Below, piece after piece: positions 1-12,641 of a DNA stretch of 64,000 bases. Origin of the DNA: Octopus bimaculoides (Eukaryota); assembly GCF_001194135.2 (NCBI RefSeq), contig NC_069009.1:9605452-9669451 (forward strand). The letters are read 5' to 3'. Made by a program: the position numbers and the translations under genes. How positions within the stretch are numbered: the first letter of the stretch is position 1; each line of letters opens with the position of its first letter. The notes beneath the pieces are model-generated. The model did not search any database, had not been told where the DNA came from, and saw only the letters and a program-made list of their open reading frames with translations.

Positions 1-1520
1 GTCCAGCCTGTGAAACAAACCACTTAAGCAACTTTCTGGACATACTTTGAAACCTTTCCTCAGATACATTAAATGTTTTATTAGAGACGATCTGGACATG
101 CTAGAGCATCTACCAAAAACCACCAACGAAGAAGCTCTATTGGTCTCCTTCGATGTTATTAACCTCTCGATAATATTCCATATGACTACAGAATAGAGGC
201 AATAAAATTCTGGTTAGGTGAATATCCCAACGTTCTCCCGGACTGCATAAACCAGACTTTTGTCATTGAATCCCTGAAGTTCATCTTAAAAAACAATTAC
301 TTCCTATTCGATACAACATACTACCTCTAAAAATGCGGTATTGAGATGGGAATGAAAGCAGCACCTGTCCTTGTGAACCTAATAATGGGTTTCTTTGAAT
401 CTAACCTATATGAACTTTTGCTCCAAAAATTTGGAACCCCATTCCAACCAGTATATAAGAGAAAACTGGAAAGGGTACCTCGATGATTGTTTTATCATCT
501 GGAATGAAACCTATGATAAACTCCTGGATTTCAAATCCACACTGAACAATATAAACCCCAACATCCAATTTACAATGGAATATAGCAAAGAACAGCTCCC
601 ATTTCTGGACATTTTGATTTTAAAAAAGTCCAACAACCAAATTGCAACTGACATTTACTACAAACCAACAGACTCAAAACAGTATCTCCTTTTCAGTTGA
701 TGCCATCCTAAACACACCAAAATAAATATCCCATTCAATCTAGCAAAAAGGATCTGTACAGTTGTATCTGACAACCACTCGGGAACTTCGCCTACAAGAA
801 CTCAAAATAACACTCATTGAACGTTAATACCTACCTACACTTATAAAACATGGAATTAAACGTGCCAAGAAATTGGACACAAATACACTAAGGATAACAA
901 AACAAAGCACCACACCTCATCCTAAATCACTCCCATACATATCAACCCACAACCCCAGAAACAATGAAGCATACAATACAATTATACAAAATCTCCCTCT
1001 GCTCACTCAAGACCCGAAAATGAACAGCATCCTAAATACACACAAACTACTAAAATGCAAAAGACAAGACAAATCATTCAAGAGACTCCTAACAAATGCA
1101 AAACTCTACTCAATACAAACGATACCAACAGTTAAAAACTGCAGACGACCTAATTGTGGTGCATGCCCAAACCTAACTGAAAGCTCGGAATTCACATTCC
1201 AGCAAGGACAAAAATTCTCAATCAAGACCAACTTCAGATGTGCTTCCAAGAACCTTATCTATGTTGTAACCTGCTCAGGTTGTGGTCACAATTATGTGGG
1301 CCAAACGAGCCTTACTTTGAGACGCTACATAAAAAAGAGATTCGTTTCCCCCCAGTACAGACAGACAGCAACTGAGCAGACACATCGACAGATGCGCAAG
1401 TAAAAAAACACTGAATTTTCATATCTTCCCATTATAGCAATGCAAAGATTCAATCTCAGTACAAGGAAAACCTGTTCATACAAAAGTACAGACCACACCT
1501 CAATATACAACTTTGACCAT
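1..1520 (+). mobile_element. Penelope-like retroelement (RT + GIY-YIG endonuclease), degenerate, 5' part outside the window
   Basis: Broken frames give RT motifs LVSFDVINL, MGMKAAPVLVNLIMG, WKGYLDDCFIIW, LPFLDILI and TDIYYKPTDSKQYL. These are followed by a Cys-rich linker (CRRPNCGACPNL) and GIY-YIG-type NLIYVVTCSGCGHNYVGQT. Multiple stops and frameshifts. Confidence 0.9.
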
Positions 1521-1839
1521 TTTTTAAAAATTGTACTAAGGAGACAGTTGTCCCCCTTCCCACCCGTTACTTCCCTTGGTTCACTCTCTAGACTCAATCT
1601 TATTCTTCAAACATCCAAAATGATGAAAACCCTCTGCGACGAGAATTGATTACTGTCCAATGTCCCTTAAAAAGCTAATTTAAATAGCGAAAACCGGTTA
1701 AGATTCACGACATCCATACAATATGTATACATTTATAAAAAGATATTAAACTATATGAAACGAAGGCATTTCTCTTCCACTATATATATATATATATATA
1801 CATGCTCTCCTCCCATGGCACAGTAAGCTCCCCAAGGAC

Positions 1840-3285
1840 TACATGTCTCTGACTCTCATCTACCAACCCCAGCTCCCAAGACTGCTGTGGCCCATAACTG
1901 TGTATGAAGGTTCTCTAACAAGGATTGAAACAACTGAACGTAAGATCAATAAGATGGTAAGGAAGTGGCTTGGCCTTTCGAAGTGCCTTTCATCTGTCGC
2001 CCTTTATGGCAACCAGGGTATGCTCCAGTTGCCCCTAGCATCACTAGTAGAGGAGTACAAGGTCTCCAATGGATGCTGTCCGAGACAAAAGGCCACTGTG
2101 ATCCAGGACAATCTACCAGATTTGAACACTGGTAGGAAGTGGAAGGTCACTGAGGCAATGCAGCAGCTTGATGAGATGGCTCAGCATGCTGAAGAGCGTG
2201 GAGGGATGTTAGACAGCAGGGCTGGTGTGGGGCTTGTCAAGAGAGAGCAGTTCTGGTCTGAGTCAACTGAACAAGAATAGTGGAAGTTACGTGAACAACA
2301 AGTAAGGCAGCTGGAAGATGAGAGGCGTCTGGGTCACACAACACAACAAGCACAGTAGGGTCAGTGACTGAATTGGGATGATGTCAAAAAGCTGGAGTTG
2401 AAGTGGTCTGATTGGTGGCAGTTGAGTGCAGGGCATTTGAAAGCTCTGATCTAGACTGCATATGATGTGCATCCATCTCCAGCAAATCTCAAAAAATGGA
2501 GTATCCAATGGAGTCCGCAGTGCCACTTGTGTGGGAAGTATGGCAGTCTCAAACACATGCTATCAGCTTGCCCAAAAGCACTCCAGTCTGGATGGTATAC
2601 ATTCAGACATAATTTAGTGCTAAACGTTGTTGCTTCAGCTGCAAGAGGGGGTCAAGAGCCTGAACTGAGCTTGCATAAGACAGCATTTGTGAAGCAAGGT
2701 GTGAGGCTAAAGAGACAGAACCCTCGGCAGGCCGAAGGCAGAAAATGTGAGGTGTTCGTGGACAAGCCATTGCCTGAAAGCATCGTGGTGTCAGCACTCC
2801 GCCTGACCTGGTGTTGGTTGATGAGGGTCAGAGACATGTGGTCCTTGGGGAGCTTACTGTGCCATGGGAGGAGAGCATTGCTGAGGCCCGTGAGCGGGAG
2901 CTGTTGGGCTATGAAGAGCTGGTAGCTGAGATTCTGAAGAAGGGTTACATCCATGAGCTGGTTGCGTTTGAGGTTGGCTATAAGTGTTTCCCAGCAGCTT
3001 CTCTCAGGTTTCTGAAGGTGACTGGTGTATCCGCTGTGAGGAAGACAATCAAGGAATGTGGGGAGAAAGCAGTTGAGGGTAGTGCTTGGATTACCAGGAG
3101 GTCTGTGAATGCATATAAGGCCACAGAACTGTCACAAGTCTGGCTGCAATGCAATAGGTCCAGCTCTTGTGGGCCACCATGTGGAGAGATACTGAGTTTA
3201 ATGGGCCGAAATCTCGTCAAAGCATGGCACTCAACTGATGGTTGCAACCAGACGAGAAATGGAGCACTCAGTGTTTTCTTCTACT
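1840..3285 (+). mobile_element. Hero-like (restriction-like-endonuclease clade) non-LTR retrotransposon, 5'-truncated and degenerate
   Basis: Post-RT segment LLWPITVYE...KMVRKWLGLSKCLSSVALYG, CCHC finger CHLCGKYGSLKHMLSAC with YTFRHN, then an RLE domain VVLGELTVPWEESIAEARER...FEVGYK. Frameshifted; followed by (TA)n. Confidence 0.85.
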
Positions 3286-3309
3286 ATATATATATATGNN
3301 NNNNNNNNN

Positions 3310-3342
<33 letters not shown>

Positions 3343-3361
3343 ATATACATACACATATATA

Positions 3362-3655
3362 TTATAGCCTCAAGCCAACCAAAGCCTTGTGAGTGGATAT
3401 CGTACACGGAAGCTGAAAGAAGACTGTCATATATGTGTGTATTTGCGCGTGGGTGTGTGTGTCTGTGTTCATACCCCCACCATTACTTGACAACCAATGT
3501 TGCTGTGTTTACATTCCCATCACTTAGCAGTTCGACAAAAGTCACTGATAGAATAAGTACTTGGATTACAAAGAATGAATCCTGTGTTCAATTTGTTCAA
3601 TCAAAGCAGTGCACCAGCATGGCCACATTCACATGACTAAAACAAGTAAAACATG
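3362..3655 (+). mobile_element. tRNA-derived SINE (family B, internal microsatellite), head truncated
   Basis: Shares the core 'ccaaagccttgtgagtggat...ggaa(a/g)ctgaaagaag' and the tail 'cagtgcaccagcatggcc' with many other copies in the window. Confidence 0.7.
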
Positions 3656-3692
3656 CCATTTTAATCCTGAGCAAGGCCGGGTATCTCTGCTA

Positions 3693-3732
<40 letters not shown>

Positions 3733-5304
3733 ATATATATATATATATATATAGGGGGAGAATTCACAAAAAACAAAAGCCGAAGACAGGTGGTGTAGAA
3801 AACAAACAGGTGTATTAGTATAACGCTTGGGAATTGAAACAAGGAGAGAGAGAAAATGTATGTAGTGGCTAGCGATCCATCATGGCGAGAATATATATGT
3901 TTGTATGTATATATAAACACACACACACACACACAATGGGCTTCTTTCAGTTTCTGTTTATCAAATCTATTTAAAAGGCTTTGATTAGCTTGACACTGTA
4001 GTGGAAAACACTTACCCAAGTTGCTACATAGCAGGACTGAACCTGGAAGCATGTGCTTGGAAGTAAACTTCTGAATTAGACAGCAAAACCTACACCTGTT
4101 TTTACAGGCTGTGATTTTGGTTGTCTGTTTTTAAATAATATTTGGGATTTCTGACTCAAAAACAAAAGCAATAACTTTAAACAAGTAATTATGAATGAAG
4201 ATAATGAAATATGAATGTTTCTGAAATTTGTAATTAAATGAAAAATGAGCAAAAATATAACTGAATCAACAAAACTACAATGGCATGTTACCTACTCCAA
4301 ACAACTAGTTTGACACTGGTGGATGAAGCCATATTGGCAGGGTGTAAACAGAGATCAAACTACATTGATCTAGGACCTATTATTGAGCGTTAGGTGAACT
4401 GTTAACAAAATGGCACTCTGTCAGTTACAACAATGAGGGTTCCAGTCGATCCGATCAACGGAACAGCCTGCTCATGAAATTGATAAGCAAGTAGCTAAGC
4501 ACTCCACAGACATGTGTACTCTTCATGTAGTTCTCAGGGAGATTCAGCATGACACAGATTGCGACATGGCTCTGGCCCTTTGAATTGCAGGTACAACTTG
4601 TTTTTACCAGCTGAGTGGACTGAAGCAACGTGGAATAAAGTGTCTTGTCCAAGAACACAATATGCTGCCAGAAATTGAACATAGGACCTTAAGATAGTGA
4701 GCTGAATAACCTAACCACTAAGCCACCACCTTCACAGGTGGACTGATCACGTAGTACACACACACACACAAACAGATATATGTATTATGTGGTTAAGAAG
4801 TTTGCTTCACAGCCCCATGGTTTCGGGTTTCTTCCCACTGCATTTTAAGAATGAAAAATTTATATTCTCAAAAATGAATAAAATGTTTTAAAGACTTATG
4901 TAAAATAATTTGTGAGGTAGAAAGAATGACAATTTAAAACATTTGCAATATTCAACCTCAAAATACTTTCTCTGCAAAATTTCATTGAAATAAATATACT
5001 TTTCAAGAGGTCGAAAAAATGTCAGGAGCACCAAACTGTAGTCATACCCATTATGCTAGGTCTTTCAGAAAGACCAGTAGCTAAGATTAGAATATTTCTA
5101 ACGGATTGAGGGACAACAGAGGTTCTAGTGTGCCCTACAAAAATATACTAAAAATAAACAATCACATTGTTGAAATCTCAAAGCTACGAGATAATGCAGG
5201 ATTAATTCAAAACAATGTGAATAAGTTAGCATTACATTTGACTGAGTAATCTGAATGTGAAAGGGTTAAAATAATAAAAGAATATCTTTTATGTTTTTAT
5301 CATT

Positions 5305-5605
5305 AGACCATGGCCATGCTGGGGCACTGCCTTGAAGAATTTTTAGTTGAATAAATCAACCCCAGTATTTATTTTTCCTTCTCTTGCCAAACTGCAATGT
5401 TATGGAGACATAAACACACCAACACTGGATGTCAAGACAAAGACATGATGGGCTTCATTTAGTTTCTGTCTATCAAATTGACTCAAAAAGTTTTGGTTGG
5501 CCCAAGGGTATGGAAGACACATGTCTAAGGTACAACAGAGTGGGACCGAACCCCAAACAATGTGCTTCGGAAGCAAGCATCTTACCACACAGTCATGGCT
5601 GTGCC
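5305..5605 (-). mobile_element. tRNA-derived SINE (family B)
   Basis: Near full-length copy from 'ggccatgctggggcactgcc' to 'cttaccacacag' (reverse of a tRNA-like head with A/B boxes). Further copies at about 5758-5915(+), 13482-13840(-), 16648-16990(+), 17025-17330(-), 20170-20470(-), 30540-30880(+), 36560-36800(+), 47985-48275(-), 50085-50290(-) and 61845-62010(-). Confidence 0.75.
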
Positions 5606-5919
5606 CATATATTGTTTATGTCATAAGAATTTCAAAACTATGAGAAAACGGGAGGTAATGTCTTTCACGTTTGAACTTGAAAGCCTTCAGTTTTTCCTAT
5701 CAAAAGGAATTTTTAACTCAATTTTCACACACTATTGAGTTCAACTGTTAAAAATGCTTGGCTGTGTGGTAAGAAGTTTGCTTCCCAACTACATGGTTCT
5801 GGGTTCAGTCTCACTCCTAGTACCATGGGCAGATGTCTTCTACTATAGCCTTGGGCCAACCAAAGCTTTGTGAGAGGATTTTGTAGATGGAAACTGAAAG
5901 AAGTCCATCACATATATCA

Positions 5920-6660
5920 TCATCATCATCATTTAGCATCTGCTTTCCATGCTAGCATGGGTTAGACAGTTTGACTAAAAACGGTAAGCCAGGAGAGCTG
6001 CACCAAGTTCCGGTCTGATTTGGCATAGTTTCTACAGCTGGATGCTTCTACTAATGTCAACCACTCCACTCCAAGAATGTAATGGGTGCTTTTTATGTAC
6101 CACGACCATGATTTCACTTGGTTTGGCAAGTCTTCTTAAGCACAGCATATCGCCAAAGGTTTCAGTCACTTATCATCACCTCCATGAAGCCCAATGTTTG
6201 ACGGGTGCTCTTTATATGCCAGTTACATAACACTGGCATCAGCCATAACTACAATCGCACTTGGCTTGACAAGTCTTCTCAAGCACAGCACATCACCAAA
6301 GGTCTCAGTCACTTGTCATCACCTCCATGAGGCCCAATATTCGAAGATCATGCTTCACCACCTCATCTCATGTCCTCCTGGGTCTATCTCTTCTATAGGT
6401 TCCCTCCACAGTTAGAGATTGGCAATTCTTTACAGATATCTTCGTCCATGCGTATCACATGGCCATACCAGTACAGTCGTCTCTTTTGTACACCACATCT
6501 GATGCCTCTTATGCCCAACTTTTCTCTCAAGACACTTACATTCTGTCATACATGCATACTGACATCGCACATCTAGTAAAGCATACTAGCTTCATTTCTT
6601 TCCAGCTTACGCATGTCCTCAGCAGACACAGTCTAGGTTTCACTGCTGTGTAACACCCAA
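5920..6660 (-). mobile_element. RTE-type LINE 3' end with a duplicated ORF2-end segment
   Basis: (CAT)n tail plus 'ccatgctagcatgg' hairpin. The ORF2-end segment 'cacttgg...aagcacagca...ccaaagg...cagtcact...atcacctccatga' occurs twice (about 6175-6200 and 6258-6330). Homologous to 38080-38700. Confidence 0.75.
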
Positions 6661-7489
6661 GGATGTAGGAGCTGTTAGTAACGAAGAGCCTCTCTCTCAG
6701 AATGAAAGGCAGATTGTATGATACCTCTGTATATGTGTGTTTGTCTTTCAGTCAGTGTTCATCCCCCACTACCGCTTGAAAACTGGTGTTGGTGCATTTA
6801 CATCCCCATAATTTAGCAGTTCAGGAAAAGAGATCAACAAAATACCAGCCTTAAACAGAACTACACACTGGGGTTGATTATTTGATTAAAAATTCTTCAA
6901 GGCAGTGCCCCAGTATGGCTGTAGTCTAATGACTGAAATGAGTAAAAGATAAAAGATATATATGTGTGTGTGTATATATATATATGTGCATGTATGTATG
7001 CACAGGGACATGGAAATAGCTGGGTTGGTGTCCAGGCATGCGGTTGGCCCACCAGGAATGGGAGGCACCTCTGTTGTTCTCACATCTCTCTAAGAGAGGG
7101 AAACTCTGAAAGAAAACCTGTGACACTCGCAATATTTGATGATGTAAACTAGTTCTTCTCTTTGAGTTTATGTTGACCATGTTCAGAGAGTGGGATTCGA
7201 TCTGTGCAAGTCCTTTCATTACTATAAAGAATCATCATGCACAGGCACTGCTTGAAAAAAAAGACCCATCACAAAAGGAGCTCGTCGTAGCGATGGCAAT
7301 ACACGAGTTTGAAGTCATCATATGTGTGTGTGTGTGTGTGTACTCTCTGAGTGGTTGGCGTTAGGAAGGGCATCCAGCTGTAGAAACTCTGCCAAATTAG
7401 ATTGGAGCCTGGTGTTGCCATCCGGTTTCACCAGTCCTCAGTCAAATCGTCCAACCCATGCTAGCATGGAAAGCGGATGTTAAACGATG

Positions 7490-7847
7490 NNNNNNNNNNN
7501 NNNNNNNNNNNNNNNNNNNNNNNNNNNNNNNNNNNNNNNNNNNNNNNNNNNNNNNNNNNNNNNNNNNNNNNNNNNNNNNNNNNNNNNNNNNNNNNNNNNN
7601 NNNNNNNNNNNNNNNNNNNNNNNNNNNNNNNNNNNNNNNNNNNNNNNNNNNNNNNNNNNNNNNNNNNNNNNNNNNNNNNNNNNNNNNNNNNNNNNNNNNN
7701 NNNNNNNNNNNNNNNNNNNNNNNNNNNNNNNNNNNNNNNNNNNNNNNNNNNNNNNNNNNNNNNNNNNNNNNNNNNNNNNNNNNNNNNNNNNNNNNNNNNN
7801 NNNNNNNNNNNNNNNNNNNNNNNNNNNNNNNNNNNNNNNNNNNNNNA
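7490..7847. other. Assembly gap (N run)
   Basis: N run. Other gaps at about 3299-3309, 9376-9420, 13553-13633, 25724-25889, 28013-28022, 34654-34911, 36890-37156, 52523-53015 and 61704-61841, mostly next to microsatellites. Confidence 0.95.
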
Positions 7848-8000
7848 ATGGGCTTCTTTCAGTTTCCGTCTACCTCAAATCCACTCACAAGGCTTTTGTC
7901 AGCCTGAGGCTATAGTAGAAGACACTGAACCTGGAATCATGTGGTTGGTAAGCAAGCTACTTACCACACAGCCACTCCTTCGCCTGTATATGTATGTATG

Positions 8001-8044
<44 letters not shown>

Positions 8045-9321
8045 ATCAGTTAACATCTGTTTTTGATGCTGGCATGGGTTGGACAGTATGACAGGAGATG
8101 GCCAGCTGGAGTGCTGCTTGGGCTACAAGTCTGTTTTGGAATGGCTTCTATGGTTGGATGCCCTCCCTAACACCAGCCACTTTACAGAGTGTACTGGGTG
8201 CATTTGAACAACACTGGCACAGGTGCTTTTTACGTGGCATCAGCACCCACAAGCCTGCAAGATTAGAAATGCTCAACTGAAGAGGGATGTAGGGGACACA
8301 CCTGTATTTACCTGGCTTGATGTGTCTTCTAAAGTACAACAAACCAGAAGTCTCTGTCCCCTGTCATCAAACATTGACACTTTGTTCTGAAACAAGCATA
8401 TATTCTCTTCTACACCAGGTTATTAATCTCACAATGCCAATGTAAAATATAACTCTTTGAAACACTTAGTTTTAGAATGGTGGCAGCTGATGAAGGAAAT
8501 GTTCTCTATGTGGCCGGTATGTTTTTGTGCTCTGTTTTTCATTTTGTCCACGTTTTTTTGTGACGTCCTGTACCCAGATATGCATTTACATATACATGTA
8601 GATGTAGGTATGTACATACATGTACGTATATATGCATATACTCACATATTATTTGTATTATTATTATTATATATATATATGTATATATTGAGATGATGAA
8701 ACAAGCCAGTCTACCCACCTATTGCCATTGAGCAACACATTTCCATGGATCCCTACTACTTTCAGCTGTGAATCAGGAACCCCTATTAACTTCTTCTTCT
8801 TGTCTGTGGTTGTTTCTTCTTGCAGACTTGACCCAAGAATTGTCTGAAATTAGTAGAAAATAAATACTGTGATGAGGTGGAGTGGTAGCTCAGAGACAAA
8901 GAGGTTGAAGTTTGTAGGCTACTAACCTTGGGGTGACAGGTATAAAAGGCATGGTCACTCAACATAATAGAAACAGCAGCTAAATCTCTCACAAACATCA
9001 TCATTTAAATCTACTTTTCCCTGCTTGCAAGGGCTTCAACCCATGTTTAAAATGCCCTTCTTGTCACCAAGCCTTACCTGTTTCCAACCAAGGTAATATT
9101 TCCCCACGAATAGATGTTCTCACAAAATATTGGAAATGAATGACAATGACTGTATGACACGCGACTTTGCATAACATATATGTGGATCAAAATACTTACA
9201 AGGTTTTGGATGACCCAAGGCTATAGCAGAAGGCACTTGCACAAGATATCACGTAATGGGACTGAAGCCAGAACCATGTGGTTGGGAAGCAAGCTTCTTT
9301 ATTTCCACACAGTCACGCCTC

Positions 9322-9375
<54 letters not shown>

Positions 9376-9552
9376 NNNNNNNNNNNNNNNNNNNNNNNNN
9401 NNNNNNNNNNNNNNNNNNNNCATGCGTGAAGTTGCGGTAAAAGTTACGAAGGTGTATGAATAATTTACGTAGCTTCAACTCTCTTACGATGCGAAACAGT
9501 ATCACATGGACTCTCTTGTCAGCGCCACCATATCATTACTATGAAAGTTATT

Positions 9553-10068
9553 TTAAGTAAAATAATGGAATACGACTATAAAAGGGGGCAATGTTTGAAC
9601 TGGGATTAAAATACCAACAACAACGACAACACCACGACCAACACTAAAAACAGTCACAGTACTTACCGCAGATAACTTTTTCCAGTTACTAGAACATTCT
9701 GCCGGATCAGTTGGAATATAGCAAAGTCCTATACCTCCAGATTCTGTTTTTTCTGCCATGGATTTATTGGTCTGACTATGTCTCTTATCGACATCTTTCG
9801 TCTTCTTTTCATTATCACCATTTAATACAGTTTTCTTTTCCTTTTCATTTACTTTCTTCTTTTTCTTCGTCCTTTTCCATTTCTGCTTAGATTTGTGAAC
9901 AAATTTGCCATGTCTCTTATCATCGTGCTTATTATTATTTTTATCGTTCTTTGTGTTTTTGTACTTAAAGTTTTTCTTTTTCTTTCCAACACTATTAAAC
10001 GTCCGTGGAACTGATGACGAAGACGATGGCCCAGATGGAGTCTTGGAGGCTGTTTTATGCAATTTCAT
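9553..10068 (-). other. Unassigned 171-aa ORF (Lys-rich N-terminal half, hydrophobic C-terminus)
   Basis: Open ATG-to-stop ORF outside any recognised repeat, with an in-frame TAA two codons upstream of the ATG. No family recognised. Confidence 0.3.
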
Positions 10069-10539
10069 TTTTTAAATCTCAAATCTACATCAGATATTAA
10101 CTCAGTCCCTAACAACACGTCTCCTCTTTCCTGTAATACCAACAATTTCTTCCAATTAATCCTTCATAGAGAATATATTTACTGTTCCAAGAGAAAACAT
10201 GTGCTTCCAAGTTTATGGATGAACAGGAAGTTATGAGAGTTATCTGTTCCTTATATATGGAAACTCGTTTCCTGTTTCCATCTACAGGAAGTAACCGTTT
10301 GTCAACATGGATTACTTCCCTTGTCACAAAGGAAATAATGTGTGGTTGTTGTACTAGAAATAACAGTCGAACCTCTCTCTCATTTTTCATCCAATCGTGT
10401 TATATAACATTAAATAATGTAGCCTTACGTTTGTGTGCTTTAGATGCTATGGCTACAGATCATAGATCTGGCTAAGAGTGACACGGGACTGAATATCAAC
10501 TACAGCTGCTAATACGAATTTTAAATTTTTCCACAAGGG

Positions 10540-10712
10540 CAGTCATTTCGGAGGAGAAGATGTGTCGATTACATCGACCCCAGGGTTCAACTGGTACTTA
10601 ATTTATCGACCCTGAAAGGATGAAAGGCAAAGTCGACCTCGGCGGAATTTGGACTCAATACCGCGAAGCATTTCGCCCGGCGGGCTAACGATTCTGCCAG
10701 CTCACCGCCTTC
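10540..10712 (-). mobile_element. tRNA-derived SINE (family C)
   Basis: Reverse of the head 'ggcgg(t/c)gagctggcagaatcg' with core 'gaggtcgactttgcctttcatcctttc'. Related copies at about 22660-22845(-), 45640-45760(-), 54535-54695(-) and 60025-60200(+). Confidence 0.75.
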
Positions 10713-10959
10713 CTACGACCACAAATACAAACTACTGTTCTATACATTTGATAATGTAATCCTGAATATACTATATTTGAATTTTTTTAATGGGATAGTC
10801 ACAGCTGGAACGTCGGTGATCATAGACCTGCTGCATCAAGACAGACCGGGAGCTAAACAACGATTATAGCTACTTTTTACCAGATGAAATAAATATCAGA
10901 AACGCTGTGTTTCATACAGAAGCTGCAGGAGTTGCTCAGATGTTCCGCAAACTCTTCTA

Positions 10960-11705
10960 AATCCATTGCCATATCGTCAGCAGGTATCTCAGGGTCAGAA
11001 GCACTTCGTCCCTTAGCCTATACACTTTGCCTAAGTGAGGCACCAAGGACTGAAGTAGTTTCCCCCTATGGAAGGGTTCCACTTGTGGTCTCTTATTAAT
11101 CATAGCCAGTTTGAGCTGGTTTCACTTCCCAAGCCTATCTCCTTGATAGCTTCCTTCAGTTGTCAAGGTTTCCTTCTATAGGAAATAGCTCACTGATCGA
11201 GCTGAAAAGCTACAGCAGCCAACTTTAGAAAGGTATGCTGTCTCTTGACATGGATCTCATCACCTGAGTCCTGATACTTCATTTTCTTAACCTACTGGGT
11301 AATTTCAAGTCTGTCCTCCCAGGGCACTATGAGTTCGACCATAATGATTGTTTTTGTATTTCTGGGGAACAGGAACATGTGTTGTCGAAGCAATATTATC
11401 ACTATCTTCTCTGGAAAAACAAGTCTGCTCTTTAGATCCACTTGAATATTCTAATCTGAGGTTGAACGAAAATAGAAAACAGGTCCCCTACCATTAATTT
11501 CGCCACTTTCTTTTAGCATTTTAATATTCTTTGGTGGTGGTAGCTGGTGTTTATTAGCCTTCACCCTTTGCAGATCAGTCCACTTGGCAATTTCTACAAG
11601 GACCCTGTCATGTTTCTACTTGAATTGGTCTTCTCTTAGTGCCCAAGGCGTCCAGGGAGCAAAGAGTTGTTCTGCACTGCATGCAGGATGGATCTCTTTC
11701 TTTGC
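10960..11705 (-). mobile_element. Second Hero-like RLE retrotransposon fragment (different subfamily)
   Basis: Manual minus-strand translation gives DPSCMQC..., KHDRVLVEIAKW and IQVDLKSRLVFPEKIV...TKTIIMVELIVPWEDRLE. These are the CCHC/RHD and RLE motifs, with stops. Confidence 0.75.
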
Positions 11706-12641
11706 CCCATATTTTACTACACATTTGATAATGTAGTCCTCGATACACTATGTCTAAATAAAGGATGGGATGGTCACAGCAGGAACGTCTTTGATCTTAG
11801 GTCTACTGGATCAGGACAGATCTAAGGCTAAACAAGTGGAGGTTAGGCTAGAGATAACAGCGCCTAAAAAAAAAAAAAAACAGAAAAGGAATTTGTTGCA
11901 ATTGCTTCCTCCAGAGTCATATCCCAATGATGATCAAATTCATCACAAAAAATCGTGTAAAAAGATCACCAAAAACAATCAGAGTAATGAAAACATAGGA
12001 ATCCAAAATTTCAGGATTGCAGGTGCAGAATGTTTTTAATTCATTCACGGAATTAGCCATTAGATTATAAAAATTGTTATCATATAAAAAAATTTGTTGC
12101 AAAAAGTCACATTAAAAAATTGTCAAAAACAATCACAGTAATGAAAACTTGGGAATCCAAAATTTAAGGATTATGCTTCCCCTTAGTTGAAGTGTGACAC
12201 ACTGACATTCACATCTATTATATTAGATATGTTTAATTTTGGGGAATCTTCAAGAGTGTGGTATGTTCTTGAGCAAAATACTCCATTTCAATTGTCCCAG
12301 ACCACTCAGCCATAAATTTATATGTACCTATCTATGTGTATACATGTATATGTGTGTGAGAGAGAGAGAGAGCGTAAGTGCTACTATATAATATAAATGT
12401 ATGTATAGATTAATATACGTACACATAAGTATGAGCATGTATTTATGTCTGTATACATCTATAGCTCTATACAAATTGACATACATGTGTGTGTGTTTAT
12501 AAATGTATGAATATCCATATGTATATAAATAATTATGAATATGTGTCTTTGTGAATGTACTGTGTATGTTTATATGTATTTATGTGCACATAAGTGCATA
12601 TATATGTAAATGTACATACATTCGTGTGTGTGTGTGTGAGT

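Noticed and set aside
7458-8091. Long ORFs in the track containing X runs or IYIYIY/CVCVCV (also about 13412-13819, 25560-25990, 34618-34989, 36818-37564, 52413-53146 and 61670-61954)
   Set aside because: Artefacts of N-gaps and dinucleotide microsatellites, with no coding signal.
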